This document shows, piece by piece, positions 18,409 through 28,513 of a DNA stretch of 64,000 nt. The notes below the pieces were generated by a model. The model did not search any database and was not told the DNA's origin. It saw only the letters and a program-made list of their open reading frames with translations. How positions within the stretch are numbered: position 1 is the stretch's first letter; each line of letters starts with the position of its first letter. The DNA is taken from the sequence record OR805292.1; one strand, written 5' to 3'. The translations under genes and the position numbers were made by a program.

Positions 18409-19221
18409 ATGTCTCATCGTAAGGAACTAGAAAAAGTTCTAGATCTTCTACTAAATGAAAATGCAGAACAAGCTTCGGCTTTATTACATCAAATTGTTGT
18501 AGCTAAAGCTCGTGATATTTACGAACAAGAATCTGCAGATTTTGAAGAAGATTTTGTAAATGAAGAAGTAGGTGGCGACAGCCGCGAATCGTTTATTGAC
18601 GACATTAAATCTGACGAAGAAGAAATTGATGCAGATGAAATGTTTGATGATCAGTCTAGCGAATTAAATTCTGAAGATGAAGAAGAAGCTGATGCTGATC
18701 AAGATATAGAAGATAAAGTAGAAGATCTAGAAGCTCAATTAGCTGCATTAAAAGCAGAATTTGAAACTCTAGTAAGTCAAGAGGAAGATGAACCGTATCA
18801 TCCTAATTTAGAACAAGATTTAGATGATGCTGCTGCTGATGCCTTAGAAAAATTTGAAAGTTTAGAAGAAGCAACTAAGTTTAGTGATTCTGTAAACGTA
18901 GATATGAAACAAGAAGGTAAATTAGCAGGAACAGGTAATAAAAGTAAAACTGGTTCTGTAGATAAAGAATCACCTTTTAGTAAACCTACTCAAAAGAAAA
19001 ATTACGGAGTAGATCCTGTTAAATTTGCTAAATCTACTAATCAAGGCGCTGAAGCTTCAAAAAAAGCAGACGAATCGTGTGATTTGAATACAGAAGCTAC
19101 TCCTGAAAAAGTTAGCGATCCTGCAATGAAACAAGAAGGTAAATTAGCAGGAACAGGTAATAAAAGTAAAACTGGTTCTGTAGATAAAGAATCACCCCTA
19201 TCTAAAGCACCTAAGAAGTAA
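18409..19221 (+). CDS. Acidic prohead core protein (gp67/gp68-like position)
   Basis: Very Asp/Glu-rich; upstream of protease; internal duplication. Confidence 0.6.
   Translation: MSHRKELEKVLDLLLNENAEQASALLHQIVVAKARDIYEQESADFEEDFVNEEVGGDSRESFIDDIKSDEEEIDADEMFDDQSSELNSEDEEEADADQDIEDKVEDLEAQLAALKAEFETLVSQEEDEPYHPNLEQDLDDAAADALEKFESLEEATKFSDSVNVDMKQEGKLAGTGNKSKTGSVDKESPFSKPTQKKNYGVDPVKFAKSTNQGAEASKKADESCDLNTEATPEKVSDPAMKQEGKLAGTGNKSKTGSVDKESPLSKAPKK
18904..19196 (+). repeat. Exact 71-bp direct repeat (18904-18974 and 19126-19196)
   Basis: Encodes MKQEGKLAGTGNKSKTGSVDKESP twice. Confidence 0.95.
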
Positions 19222-19239
19222 TTTAGGATAAGTATAAGT

Positions 19240-19872
19240 ATGGCTAGACAGCTTTACGAATATATGTCCCAATCTAAGGGATCGATAATAATAGAACACG
19301 GCACCGGACCTGACGGTGCTCGTGATCTATTCATGCGCGGAATATTTATTCAAGGTGATGTAAAAAATCATAATCAGCGCATCTATCCCCTACATGAAAT
19401 ATCTCATGCAGTTGAATCAGTAAAAGCAAAAATACAGGAAGGGTTTTCTGTTTTAGGAGAACTCGACCATCCAGAAGAATTAACTATTAATTTAGACAGA
19501 GTGTCTCATATAATCACAGAAATGTGGATGGAAGGCAACTGCGGCTACGGCAAATTAAAATTATTAGATACTCCTACTGGAATTATTGCTAAAAGCTTAT
19601 TAACTGCCGGAGCCAAATTGGGCGTAAGTTCTCGCGGCTCAGGTAATGTAGGTTATGACGGTGTAGTGAGCGACTTTGATATTGTAACAGTCGATATTGT
19701 TGCACAACCGAGCGCTCCTAATGCATATCCTAAACCTATATATGAAAGTTTATACAACATGAAAGGCGGCGAAATCATTATGGATTTAGCCCGTAACACA
19801 CGACAGGATCCTAGTGCAGATAAATATCTCAGTAGGGAAATAATAAAACTTATATCCGAATTGAAAAAATAG
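19240..19872 (+). CDS. gp21: Prohead protease gp21
   Basis: GELDHP, GVSSRGSG, DIVAQPSAPNA motifs. Confidence 0.97.
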   Translation: MARQLYEYMSQSKGSIIIEHGTGPDGARDLFMRGIFIQGDVKNHNQRIYPLHEISHAVESVKAKIQEGFSVLGELDHPEELTINLDRVSHIITEMWMEGNCGYGKLKLLDTPTGIIAKSLLTAGAKLGVSSRGSGNVGYDGVVSDFDIVTVDIVAQPSAPNAYPKPIYESLYNMKGGEIIMDLARNTRQDPSADKYLSREIIKLISELKK

Positions 19873-19884
19873 TAGGAGATTTAA

Positions 19885-20991
19885 ATGACAGTGAAGTTCG
19901 AACATATCCTAAACGAACAAACTTCTTTAAGTGCAGAAGTAAAATCTGCTATTACAGAAGCATGGGAAGCTCGTATAGGACAAGTAAAAGAAGAACTCAC
20001 TGCTGAGCTTCGTGAAGAATTTGCTCGTAAGTTTGCACACGACAAAGAACAACTTGTCGAAGCAATGGACAAATTCTTAGAAGAAAAAATCCGCAGTGAA
20101 ATCGAAGAATTTGCTCAAGACAAACGAGAACTAGCTGCCGAACGAGTTCAAGCTAAAATGCAAGTAAAAGAACATATCGAAATGCTCGATAAGTTCTTAA
20201 TAGATGCAGTTTCTAAAGAAGTCAAAGAGCTTCGGGAAGATCGCCGTGCAATTAAAGGCAATCTAGAGAAATTAGAAGAGTTTGCACTCACTAATCTTGC
20301 AACTGAAGTCAAAGAGCTTCGGGAAGAAAAGCAAGCATTAGTTCGTCAGAAAGTTAAATTAATAAGTGAAGCAAAAAAACAACTAGCAGAAACTAAAAAG
20401 CAGTTCATAAAGAAAGCGTCGCAAATAGTAGACACAAACATTAATAGCGTATTGCAAGAAGAAATAAAGCAATATAAAGAAGATATTGATGCTGCTCGTC
20501 GAAATGACTTTGGACGTCGTTTATTTGAAGCTTTTGCTGCAGAGTACATGACTTCGCATCTAAACGAAGGTAGTGAACTTAAGAAACTCAAAAATATTCT
20601 TATACAAAAAGAAGAAGCCCTTAATGAAGCTTTATCTCATGTAGAAGAACGTGAAGCACTTGCAGAAAATCTACGCACTCGCATTTCTGTATTAGAAGAG
20701 CGTGTTAAACGTAGCTCTGTAATGTCTGAATTGTTAGCTCCGCTAAATAAAGAAAAGCGTGGCGTAATGCAAGATCTTTTAGAGTCTGTAAAAACAGAAC
20801 ATTTAAAAGCTGCATATAACAAATATTTGCCAGCAGTGCTAGATTGTAGCGCAGCCCCGGCAAGTAAAAAAGAAGCTCTAACTGAGTCAGCAAGAGCTGT
20901 AAAAACTGGTAACAGGGCGTCTAGCGTTGCCCAGCAAGATGACTCATCTGTAGGCGTTGATGAATTAAGACGCCTAGCAGGCATTAAGTAA
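19885..20991 (+). CDS. gp22: Prohead scaffold gp22-like
   Basis: Coiled-coil sequence between protease and capsid genes; ends ELRRLAGIK. Confidence 0.88.
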   Translation: MTVKFEHILNEQTSLSAEVKSAITEAWEARIGQVKEELTAELREEFARKFAHDKEQLVEAMDKFLEEKIRSEIEEFAQDKRELAAERVQAKMQVKEHIEMLDKFLIDAVSKEVKELREDRRAIKGNLEKLEEFALTNLATEVKELREEKQALVRQKVKLISEAKKQLAETKKQFIKKASQIVDTNINSVLQEEIKQYKEDIDAARRNDFGRRLFEAFAAEYMTSHLNEGSELKKLKNILIQKEEALNEALSHVEEREALAENLRTRISVLEERVKRSSVMSELLAPLNKEKRGVMQDLLESVKTEHLKAAYNKYLPAVLDCSAAPASKKEALTESARAVKTGNRASSVAQQDDSSVGVDELRRLAGIK

Positions 20992-21010
20992 TTAGGAGAA
21001 TAACTTAAAA

Positions 21011-22198
21011 ATGTCTAATCGTCTATTTGAAAGCAACTGGGCTGCTACTAAAAGCGCCCTCACTGAAGGTCTAAAAGGTCAACGTAAGTCGACCATGGAC
21101 GCAGTAATGGAAAACACTAAGCGTTTCTTAGTTGAAAATGCTTCCGCCGGTGCTACCCAAGCCGGTAACATAGCTACTATCAACAAAGTGATGCTACCCC
21201 TAATCCGTCGTGTTATGCCTTCCGTTATTGCTAACGAAATTATGGGTGTACAGCCTATGACTGGTCCCGTAGGTCAGATACATACCCTACGTGTTCGTTA
21301 TGCTGATACTGCATCTGGTGTTCAAGCTGGTACTGAAGCACTAAGCCCGTTCGATATTGCAAAAGCATATTCCGGTAACGAAGCTTTAAACAACAGCACT
21401 AACCCAGTTCCAGGCGCTGCCAACACTTCTCGTATGGAAGGTTTTGCTGGTAATCGCATGAACATTCAAATTCTAAAAGAAACCGTAGAAGCACGTACTC
21501 GTCGTCTAAGCGCTCGCTGGACCTTCGAATCTGCACAGGATGCTAACGCTCTTCACGGTATAGATATAGAAGCTGAAATCATGCAAGCTTTAGCTCAAGA
21601 AATTACCGTCGAAATCGACCAAGAAATGCTAAATCGTCTACGTATTTTAGCTGGTCCGGCTCCTGTAACTTATAACCAAGCTGCTGTATCTGGTACTGCT
21701 ACTTATGTTGGTGATGAACATGCTGCATTGGCTGTAATGATCAACCAACAGGCTAACTTAGTTGCTGCTCGTACTCGTCGCGGCGCTGCTAACTGGGCTG
21801 TTATTTCGCCTAACGCACTAACTGTTCTACAGTCTGCAACTACTTCGACTTTTGCTCGTACTACCGAAGGTGTATTTGAAGCGCCTACTAACGTTAAATT
21901 TGCAGGTACCTTAAACGGAACTATGCGCATTTATGTAGATACTTATGCTGCTGAAGATGAAAAAGTTTTAATCGGTTATAAAGGTTCGACCGAAACTGAT
22001 GCTGCTGCATTCTTCTGCCCGTATATTCCGTTAATGAGCACTGGTCCGGTAATTGATCCTACTACTTTCGAGCCTGTAGTATCATTTATGTCCAGATACG
22101 GTTACTTAGAACTCACCAATACTGCTAACTCGCTGGGTAACGGTGCTGACTATCTAAGTTCGATTGCTATAGATGCATCCACTCTTAAATTCTTCTAA
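21011..22198 (+). CDS. gp23: Major capsid protein gp23
   Basis: LPLIRRVMP, GVQPMTGPVGQI, RRLSARWTFESAQD, FFCPYIPL motifs. Confidence 0.98.
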   Translation: MSNRLFESNWAATKSALTEGLKGQRKSTMDAVMENTKRFLVENASAGATQAGNIATINKVMLPLIRRVMPSVIANEIMGVQPMTGPVGQIHTLRVRYADTASGVQAGTEALSPFDIAKAYSGNEALNNSTNPVPGAANTSRMEGFAGNRMNIQILKETVEARTRRLSARWTFESAQDANALHGIDIEAEIMQALAQEITVEIDQEMLNRLRILAGPAPVTYNQAAVSGTATYVGDEHAALAVMINQQANLVAARTRRGAANWAVISPNALTVLQSATTSTFARTTEGVFEAPTNVKFAGTLNGTMRIYVDTYAAEDEKVLIGYKGSTETDAAAFFCPYIPLMSTGPVIDPTTFEPVVSFMSRYGYLELTNTANSLGNGADYLSSIAIDASTLKFF

Positions 22199-22234
22199 TA
22201 ATAACAAGTTATACTTGTTATTCGAAGAATACCA

Positions 22235-22267
22235 AAAAAAGTGTAGTAGAAATACTACACTTTTTTA
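22235..22267 (+). terminator. Terminator after capsid gene
   Basis: aaaaaaagtgtagta/tactacacttttttt. Confidence 0.85.
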
Positions 22268-22316
22268 TTGACTAGAAAAAAATAATTTGTTAGTATTATA
22301 AAAAACTATTTTATAT

Positions 22317-23894
22317 ATGTCAGACTTAATAATACAAATAAAAGAATTGATAAAAAGTAAACCAAAGCATTTCAGTGTTTTGATTAAAAAAGATTTAAAA
22401 TTAGCAGAATTTGTAGAGCAACACTGCACTAATCCCTATAATACTGTGTATGCTGCTAAAGTGTATACTGCTATAACCGGCGAAAAAGAAGAATGCAAAT
22501 ACGGAAACACAAAAAAATTTAATTCAATAAATGACGGGTTTAGATTTTGTGGTACTGCATCCTCGTGCAAGTGTTGTAAAGAAAGTGTATCTAATAACTT
22601 AGTGCAATCAAAAAAGATAGAAAATAAAGAAATATCAAAGAAAAAGCGTGAAAAAACTAATCTAAAAAAATACGGAGTATCAAATACTGGGCAATCTGCT
22701 ATTGCTCTACAAAATCATGCAAAATTTTACGAAAATAAACAAAATGTAGACAAAGTAACGTCTAAGATAAAGCACACTAAGTCAATAAAATACGGTAACA
22801 AAAATTTTAATGGTAATAAATGGTATTCTAAAATATCGGAAAAACTAAAAGAAAATAATTTATCTTTTACTATACAAGAACATGAATATAAAGGTATGGC
22901 AGAAACATATTGCATAAAATGTGGAACCTGTAATACCACTTTTATGTCTAAGGTTAGATATAGTAGTATACCGACTTGTGCAATATGTATGCCAGAATTG
23001 ACAGTATGTAATTCAACACAAGAACAAGAATTATTTAATTTTATAAGACAACATTATTCTGGAGAAATAATAACTGGATCTAGAAAAATATTAGATTCTG
23101 GAAAAAGTTTAGATATATACCTCCCTGAAAAAAATCTTGCAATAGAATATAATGGGCTTTATTGGCATGTAATGGATAACGATCGTTTACCGCACATAAC
23201 CAAAACGTATCACTATGACAAATATATAGGATGTAAAGAAAAGGGAATATCGTTAATTACTATATATGGACATTTGTATAACTCTAAAAAAACTATAATA
23301 GAAAACAGATTACTTCATAAATTAGGCTATACACAAGAGACGGTATATGCTAGAAAATGTATTATTAAAGATGTGCCTTCTGCAGAAGAAAAAGAATTTT
23401 TGAATAAAACGCATATACAAGGTTATGTTCCGTCATCTATAAAATACGGATTGTATTTTAATGATGTATTAGTTGCATTAATGAGTTTTATAAAGTCATC
23501 TAACAGAAACATTTCGGGAAATAACAGATACGACTACGAATTGCTTAGATATGCAACATCTTGTTCGGTACTAGGCGGCGCATCTAAATTGTTTTCTCAT
23601 TTTGTAAAGAATAATATTCCTAATTCTATAGTTTCATATTCACAAAATGAATGGAATACAGGCAATGTTTACCGTATATTAGGGTTCAAACAAGAACCTA
23701 AAATAAACATAGGATATTGGTATGTAAGTCCGGATTTTTGTAAAGTATATCATAGGACTAATTATACTAAAAAGAAATTAATAGAACATGGTTTTAATTC
23801 AAATAAATCAGAACACCAGATAATGGAAGAGCGTGGATTCAGACGACTATATGACTGTGGTAATACCAAATGGGTGTGGGAAAACAAAATATAA
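22317..23894 (+). CDS. Free-standing homing-endonuclease-like gene (Vsr/DUF559-type nuclease plus C-terminal Hef/Mom-like domain)
   Basis: LDIYLPEKNLAIEYNGLYWH; C-terminal YARKC...HIQG...ELLRYA...GGASKLF...LGF; CxxC motifs; own TTGACT promoter at 22268. Confidence 0.8.
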   Translation: MSDLIIQIKELIKSKPKHFSVLIKKDLKLAEFVEQHCTNPYNTVYAAKVYTAITGEKEECKYGNTKKFNSINDGFRFCGTASSCKCCKESVSNNLVQSKKIENKEISKKKREKTNLKKYGVSNTGQSAIALQNHAKFYENKQNVDKVTSKIKHTKSIKYGNKNFNGNKWYSKISEKLKENNLSFTIQEHEYKGMAETYCIKCGTCNTTFMSKVRYSSIPTCAICMPELTVCNSTQEQELFNFIRQHYSGEIITGSRKILDSGKSLDIYLPEKNLAIEYNGLYWHVMDNDRLPHITKTYHYDKYIGCKEKGISLITIYGHLYNSKKTIIENRLLHKLGYTQETVYARKCIIKDVPSAEEKEFLNKTHIQGYVPSSIKYGLYFNDVLVALMSFIKSSNRNISGNNRYDYELLRYATSCSVLGGASKLFSHFVKNNIPNSIVSYSQNEWNTGNVYRILGFKQEPKINIGYWYVSPDFCKVYHRTNYTKKKLIEHGFNSNKSEHQIMEERGFRRLYDCGNTKWVWENKI

Positions 23895-23945
23895 GTTTTT
23901 AAAATACAGAGTTGTGTTATACTTTAAAAATAAAAGGGGTTTTTA

Positions 23946-24410
23946 GTGTCAGACATAGTTGATATACGTTTTGAGTTTGTAGGATACGATTCAGACATAA
24001 AATACATAAATAATTGCGAAAATAGTGGATGTTATGATGAAGGTATATGTCGTTGTGGACATTTTGAAGATACAGATATAAATGGTATACCAGATGATCC
24101 CGAATATATTTTTCCAACTAAAATGTCTGTATGGAGACGAGTAGGATATAATGGAAAATATGATGATTACAAACATAGTTACTATGAAATCACTGAATCC
24201 GATAGAAAGTATTTTGCAAAAATAATGCATTTTATCGGTTATACACTAGATTCTTTTTATTTTGATATCGAATCGGGGTACTATGGCGAAGAAGGCGGAG
24301 ATCTAGTACACAATAAACAGGGCTTGTTAAAATCTGCCATGATTGACATTTTAAACAGACCCGACGAAGAAGACAGATTGGTGTATTTATTATCTAAAAC
24401 TTGGGAATAA
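23946..24410 (+). CDS. Hypothetical Cys-motif protein (paralog of 24412)
   Basis: C-x3-GC-x3-GICRC and GYYGEE motifs. Confidence 0.7.
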   Translation: MSDIVDIRFEFVGYDSDIKYINNCENSGCYDEGICRCGHFEDTDINGIPDDPEYIFPTKMSVWRRVGYNGKYDDYKHSYYEITESDRKYFAKIMHFIGYTLDSFYFDIESGYYGEEGGDLVHNKQGLLKSAMIDILNRPDEEDRLVYLLSKTWE

Positions 24411-24411
24411 T

Positions 24412-25110
24412 ATGGATACATTCATTACATTTTATGGCAGATACTATGCAACTTTAGATTACGAACTGCAACACAATTGTAATAACGATTGTATAGAAAG
24501 CGGCATATGCAGATGTTCTGTAATAACATCCCCTGTAGTGGTATCTATCAATAACTATAAAGTGTATGATATGGTTGAGGTGTTAGTAAATAAACCCGAT
24601 TTAAACGGAACACCTAGATGTGTTAGATATATGTATAGTCAAATAGAGCAATATTGTGTAGAAAGAATCATAACAAAACATAAAATTTTAGACGGTTCAC
24701 TGTATTATGTAACTGTAGAACGTGGTTATTACGGTGATGAAATCGGTGACATAATCCATGAAAATGAACAAAATGCAATGGATGATATATTAACAATGAT
24801 TTCATTAAAAACCGATATAGAAAAACTACATTATGTTTTAATGTTAGAATACGGGTATATTGCTCCTATAATTTCTGAGTGTAAAAACTTGGCTATTAAA
24901 AAAGTATGTATAAACGATATAGTTCCTACTATTGCATATAAAAGTATGGAACCTCAGCATACCTATCATTTAGATGTATATGATGATATGATAATGGGTG
25001 TGCTAAAGGGAAATAAATTGATTGATGGTAATCATAGATATTCATTTTATATGAATAAAATGAGAGATAAAAACAAAGATAATTTTGTATATTATATAGA
25101 ATTATCTTAA
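24412..25110 (+). CDS. Cys-motif protein with ParB/Srx-like C-terminus
   Basis: CNNDCIESGICRC, GYYGDE, and LIDGNHRY. Confidence 0.65.
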   Translation: MDTFITFYGRYYATLDYELQHNCNNDCIESGICRCSVITSPVVVSINNYKVYDMVEVLVNKPDLNGTPRCVRYMYSQIEQYCVERIITKHKILDGSLYYVTVERGYYGDEIGDIIHENEQNAMDDILTMISLKTDIEKLHYVLMLEYGYIAPIISECKNLAIKKVCINDIVPTIAYKSMEPQHTYHLDVYDDMIMGVLKGNKLIDGNHRYSFYMNKMRDKNKDNFVYYIELS

Positions 25111-25120
25111 AGGTGTATAT

Positions 25121-25426
25121 ATGAAAACAATAGGCGTGGATTATGATGACACTATATCACAAGATGATAACGGATGGTTATCTGTATTACTTGCACTTGA
25201 GCATATTGGATACAGGGTTGTTATTGTTACTTACCGTAATCCTACCTGCTATCCAGAAGATCTTCAATTTTTAATAGATAAAGGATATAAGGTATACTTT
25301 ACAAGTCAACATGCTAAAAGAACGTATATGGAAAATCTTGGCATAGATATAGATATTTGGATAGACGATAGTCCCGAATCTATATTATATAATTATGATT
25401 CATATTTAGGTAAGTATATAAAATAA
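25121..25426 (+). CDS. Minimal HAD-family phosphatase
   Basis: Motif I GVDYDDT, motif IV WIDDSP. Confidence 0.75.
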   Translation: MKTIGVDYDDTISQDDNGWLSVLLALEHIGYRVVIVTYRNPTCYPEDLQFLIDKGYKVYFTSQHAKRTYMENLGIDIDIWIDDSPESILYNYDSYLGKYIK

Positions 25427-25486
25427 AAAAGGAGCATTATGCTCCTTTTTTATTGATAAATATATGCATCTTAAGGAATAAGGTGT

Positions 25487-28400
25487 ATGTCGAGTAAAAT
25501 TAAATTCACGGATCAATATATCCTATCTAGTGTTGGGCAAACTTCTAATAATATAGTATATTTGCAAGTAAATGATGATCAGCAATTAGTTGTTACTCAT
25601 CCTATGTATGCAACTGAATGGTCTACATTAGGTGGGCTTAGAGTAACAGGTGATCAGTCTAAATTTGATGGATCATTAGAAGTTGGATATGAATTGCTAG
25701 TAGGACAAACATCTACCTTTAACAATGACATGGTAGTAAACGGTTTAGTTACAGTAAACAGAGATTCTCTAGATGCGATGCTCATTCACGGGAATGTTAC
25801 ATTACATGGCAACTTAACTGTAGTAGGTAGCAGCTCAGGGACTACACCCGGGCAAGTAACTATTTCCGACAACATTATGGTTGTGAATACAGATGACGTA
25901 GGTCCAGGCGTCACTGCAACATATTCTGGTTTTGAAGTCCAACGTGGAATTCCCGTAGGCGAAACTAATAGTCACGGTGAACCCGGCCAAGGTAAATTGC
26001 CTTCTGCTGGTTTAGTTTGGAATGAAGTGCAAAAATCCTGGGATCTTAATTATAACCCTATTCTTTCTGAAAAATTACCACAAAATCCTAGAATAATTAA
26101 CTTAGGGCAGCCAGTTGCTGACAACGATGCTTCTACAAAAAAATATGTGAATGATAGCATAACTGCTGCACTCGACGATGATATTTATTTAGATAGACTT
26201 ACTGATGTAACAATTTCTTCTCCGGCTAATAAAAATATACTACAGTACGATTCTTCTACATCGCAATGGAGAAATTTACCATATTCGTTTATACGATTAA
26301 CGGATGTAACTGGTGTATCTGTCCCGAGAGGATATGTGAGATGGAATGCAGCAGGAACACAGTTAGTATATGAAACCACTATAGATTATGCACAGTTAAC
26401 TGGGTTGTCTGATGTAGCTAAAGCAGGACAAGGATCTCTAAGTTTTCTTAGTGATGTAACATTATCATCGTTATCTAATACACAGGCATTATTTTATAAT
26501 GGAACCTCTTGGGTTAATAGACTAATTAATTACTCCGACATTCAAAATACTCCTACTAACAATTCGTATAGTTTTATTGGATTAAATGATACAAATAATA
26601 CAGTTGTTAATAACGGATATGTGAGATGGAATGCAGCAGGAACACAGTTAGTATATGAAACCACTATAGATTATGCACAGTTAACTGGGTTGTCTGATGT
26701 AGCTAAAGCAGGACAAGGATCGTTAGATTATTTAACAGATGTTAGTATAGGAACTGCTAGCTCTGGTAATGTGCTAAGATATAACGGAACTAATTGGGTA
26801 AACCAAGTATTATCATATACTGATCTTTCTAATACTCCTACTAACAATTCGTATAGTTTTATTGGATTAAATGATACTAACGATACTGCACTGTCGGGCG
26901 GCTATTTACGATGGAATCCCACTGGAACACAGATAGTATATCAATCCACTATAGATTATGCCCAGTTAACTGGGTTATCTTCTGTTGCTAAAGCAGGACA
27001 AGGGGCTCTAAGTTTTCTTAGTGATGTAACTATATCGTCACCTGGCGCTAGTAATACATTGCGATACGATACTACTTCGTCTAAATGGGTAAACACTAGA
27101 CTTGCTTATTCCGATTTAACAGGTCAACCAACCTCTGCTAATTATCAACTAGTTGGGTTAAGTGATACTGCAAGCACATCTGTACCACTTGGATATCTTA
27201 GATGGAACTCCGCTGGAACTCAAGTAACATATGCTACTACGATAGATATATCAGTTATATCTGGTAAATCTACTGTAGCTTCTGCTGGTTCAGCAACACT
27301 ATCTAATCTAGAAGATGCTGCTGTTACAACGCCTGCTGGCGGGAATACTTTAATATGGAATGCGTCTACAAATAAATGGACAAACGGCATATTAGATGTA
27401 TCTAATATTACTAATGCTGTACCTGTTAGTAGAACAGTATCTGCAGGAACTGGACTATCTGGCGGAGGAAATTTATCTAGTAATATTACGTTGTCGGTTA
27501 ATAGAACATTAACTGATACATGGTATGCTGCTGCATCACATACTCATGATGCATCTAATATTACGTCTGGTGTTATTGCGAATGCTAGACTGCCAGTTGG
27601 AAGCACAACAGCACAAGGTATTTTACAGTTAACAGATAGTGTTGCTAGCACATCTACAACTACTGCCGCTACACCTAATTCAGTAAAAACTGCATATGAT
27701 TTGGCAACGACAAAAGCTAATATATCACATACTCATGATGCATCTAATATTACTACTGGTACTATTGCTGTAGCCAGACTTCCAGTTTCGTCTACTACTG
27801 CACAAGGTATAGTTCAGCTTACTGACGGTGTTGCTAGCACATCTACAACTACTGCTGCTACACCCAATTCAGTAAAAACTGCATATGATTTGGCAACGAC
27901 AAAAGCTAATGCTTCTCACACCCATGATGCATCTAATATTACGTCTGGTGTTATTGCGAATGCTAGACTGCCGTTTGCCTCAACTACTGTATATGGTATA
28001 GTAACTCTGTTAGATTCAGTTGCCAGTACATCTATATCTACTGCTGCTACACCGAATTCGGTGAAAACTGCATATGACTTAGCAACGACAAAAGCTAATA
28101 TATCACATACACATACTCCTGTTCAAGTAGGTTTATCGAATATTTCTAATAACGGAAATACTATAACGGGAAATACAACTATATCCGGTGCATTGTCAGT
28201 AACAGGAAATGCTGTTTTTAATACATCTGATATAAAATTAAAAGATAATATACAGCCCATTAAAAATCCAGTAGAACTTCTTAGCAAAATTTCAGGATAT
28301 ACCTATACTAGAAATGATTGTAATAACGAAAAACAAACCGGTATTATTGCGCAGGAAGTTGAAACGATACAACCTGAAAGTGTAAGAGAGGTAGACGGTA

Positions 28401-28513
28401 TAAAAACTGTAAACCATAATGGAATAATTGCACTGTTAGTTAGTGCAGTTAATGAACTTTCTAAAGAAATAGAAGAATTAAAACAACAACTTTCTTACAA
28501 AAAAAGGGACTAA
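25487..28513 (+). CDS. Tail fibre with internal repeats and C-terminal S74 intramolecular chaperone
   Basis: ASTTAQGIVQLTD...AATPNSVKTAYDLA fibre repeats; SDIKLKDNI...GIIAQEV...VN chaperone motif. Confidence 0.9.
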   Translation: MSSKIKFTDQYILSSVGQTSNNIVYLQVNDDQQLVVTHPMYATEWSTLGGLRVTGDQSKFDGSLEVGYELLVGQTSTFNNDMVVNGLVTVNRDSLDAMLIHGNVTLHGNLTVVGSSSGTTPGQVTISDNIMVVNTDDVGPGVTATYSGFEVQRGIPVGETNSHGEPGQGKLPSAGLVWNEVQKSWDLNYNPILSEKLPQNPRIINLGQPVADNDASTKKYVNDSITAALDDDIYLDRLTDVTISSPANKNILQYDSSTSQWRNLPYSFIRLTDVTGVSVPRGYVRWNAAGTQLVYETTIDYAQLTGLSDVAKAGQGSLSFLSDVTLSSLSNTQALFYNGTSWVNRLINYSDIQNTPTNNSYSFIGLNDTNNTVVNNGYVRWNAAGTQLVYETTIDYAQLTGLSDVAKAGQGSLDYLTDVSIGTASSGNVLRYNGTNWVNQVLSYTDLSNTPTNNSYSFIGLNDTNDTALSGGYLRWNPTGTQIVYQSTIDYAQLTGLSSVAKAGQGALSFLSDVTISSPGASNTLRYDTTSSKWVNTRLAYSDLTGQPTSANYQLVGLSDTASTSVPLGYLRWNSAGTQVTYATTIDISVISGKSTVASAGSATLSNLEDAAVTTPAGGNTLIWNASTNKWTNGILDVSNITNAVPVSRTVSAGTGLSGGGNLSSNITLSVNRTLTDTWYAAASHTHDASNITSGVIANARLPVGSTTAQGILQLTDSVASTSTTTAATPNSVKTAYDLATTKANISHTHDASNITTGTIAVARLPVSSTTAQGIVQLTDGVASTSTTTAATPNSVKTAYDLATTKANASHTHDASNITSGVIANARLPFASTTVYGIVTLLDSVASTSISTAATPNSVKTAYDLATTKANISHTHTPVQVGLSNISNNGNTITGNTTISGALSVTGNAVFNTSDIKLKDNIQPIKNPVELLSKISGYTYTRNDCNNEKQTGIIAQEVETIQPESVREVDGIKTVNHNGIIALLVSAVNELSKEIEELKQQLSYKKRD
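26330..26721 (+). repeat. Exact 107-bp direct repeat (26330-26436 and 26615-26721) within ~95-aa tandem units
   Basis: Direct sequence comparison; encodes GYVRWNAAGTQLVYETTIDYAQLTGLSDVAKAGQGS. Confidence 0.95.
27535..28110 (+). repeat. Three ~62-aa fibre repeats with exact DNA blocks (e.g. 50 bp at 27545-27594 and 27923-27972)
   Basis: SHTHDASNIT...KTAYDLATTKAN repeated. Confidence 0.9.

Noticed and set aside
25487-28513. Diversity-generating retroelement or invertible fibre cassette
   Set aside because: Repeats are direct, in frame and identical rather than adenine-mutated; no reverse transcriptase, invertase or inverted crossover sites in the window.
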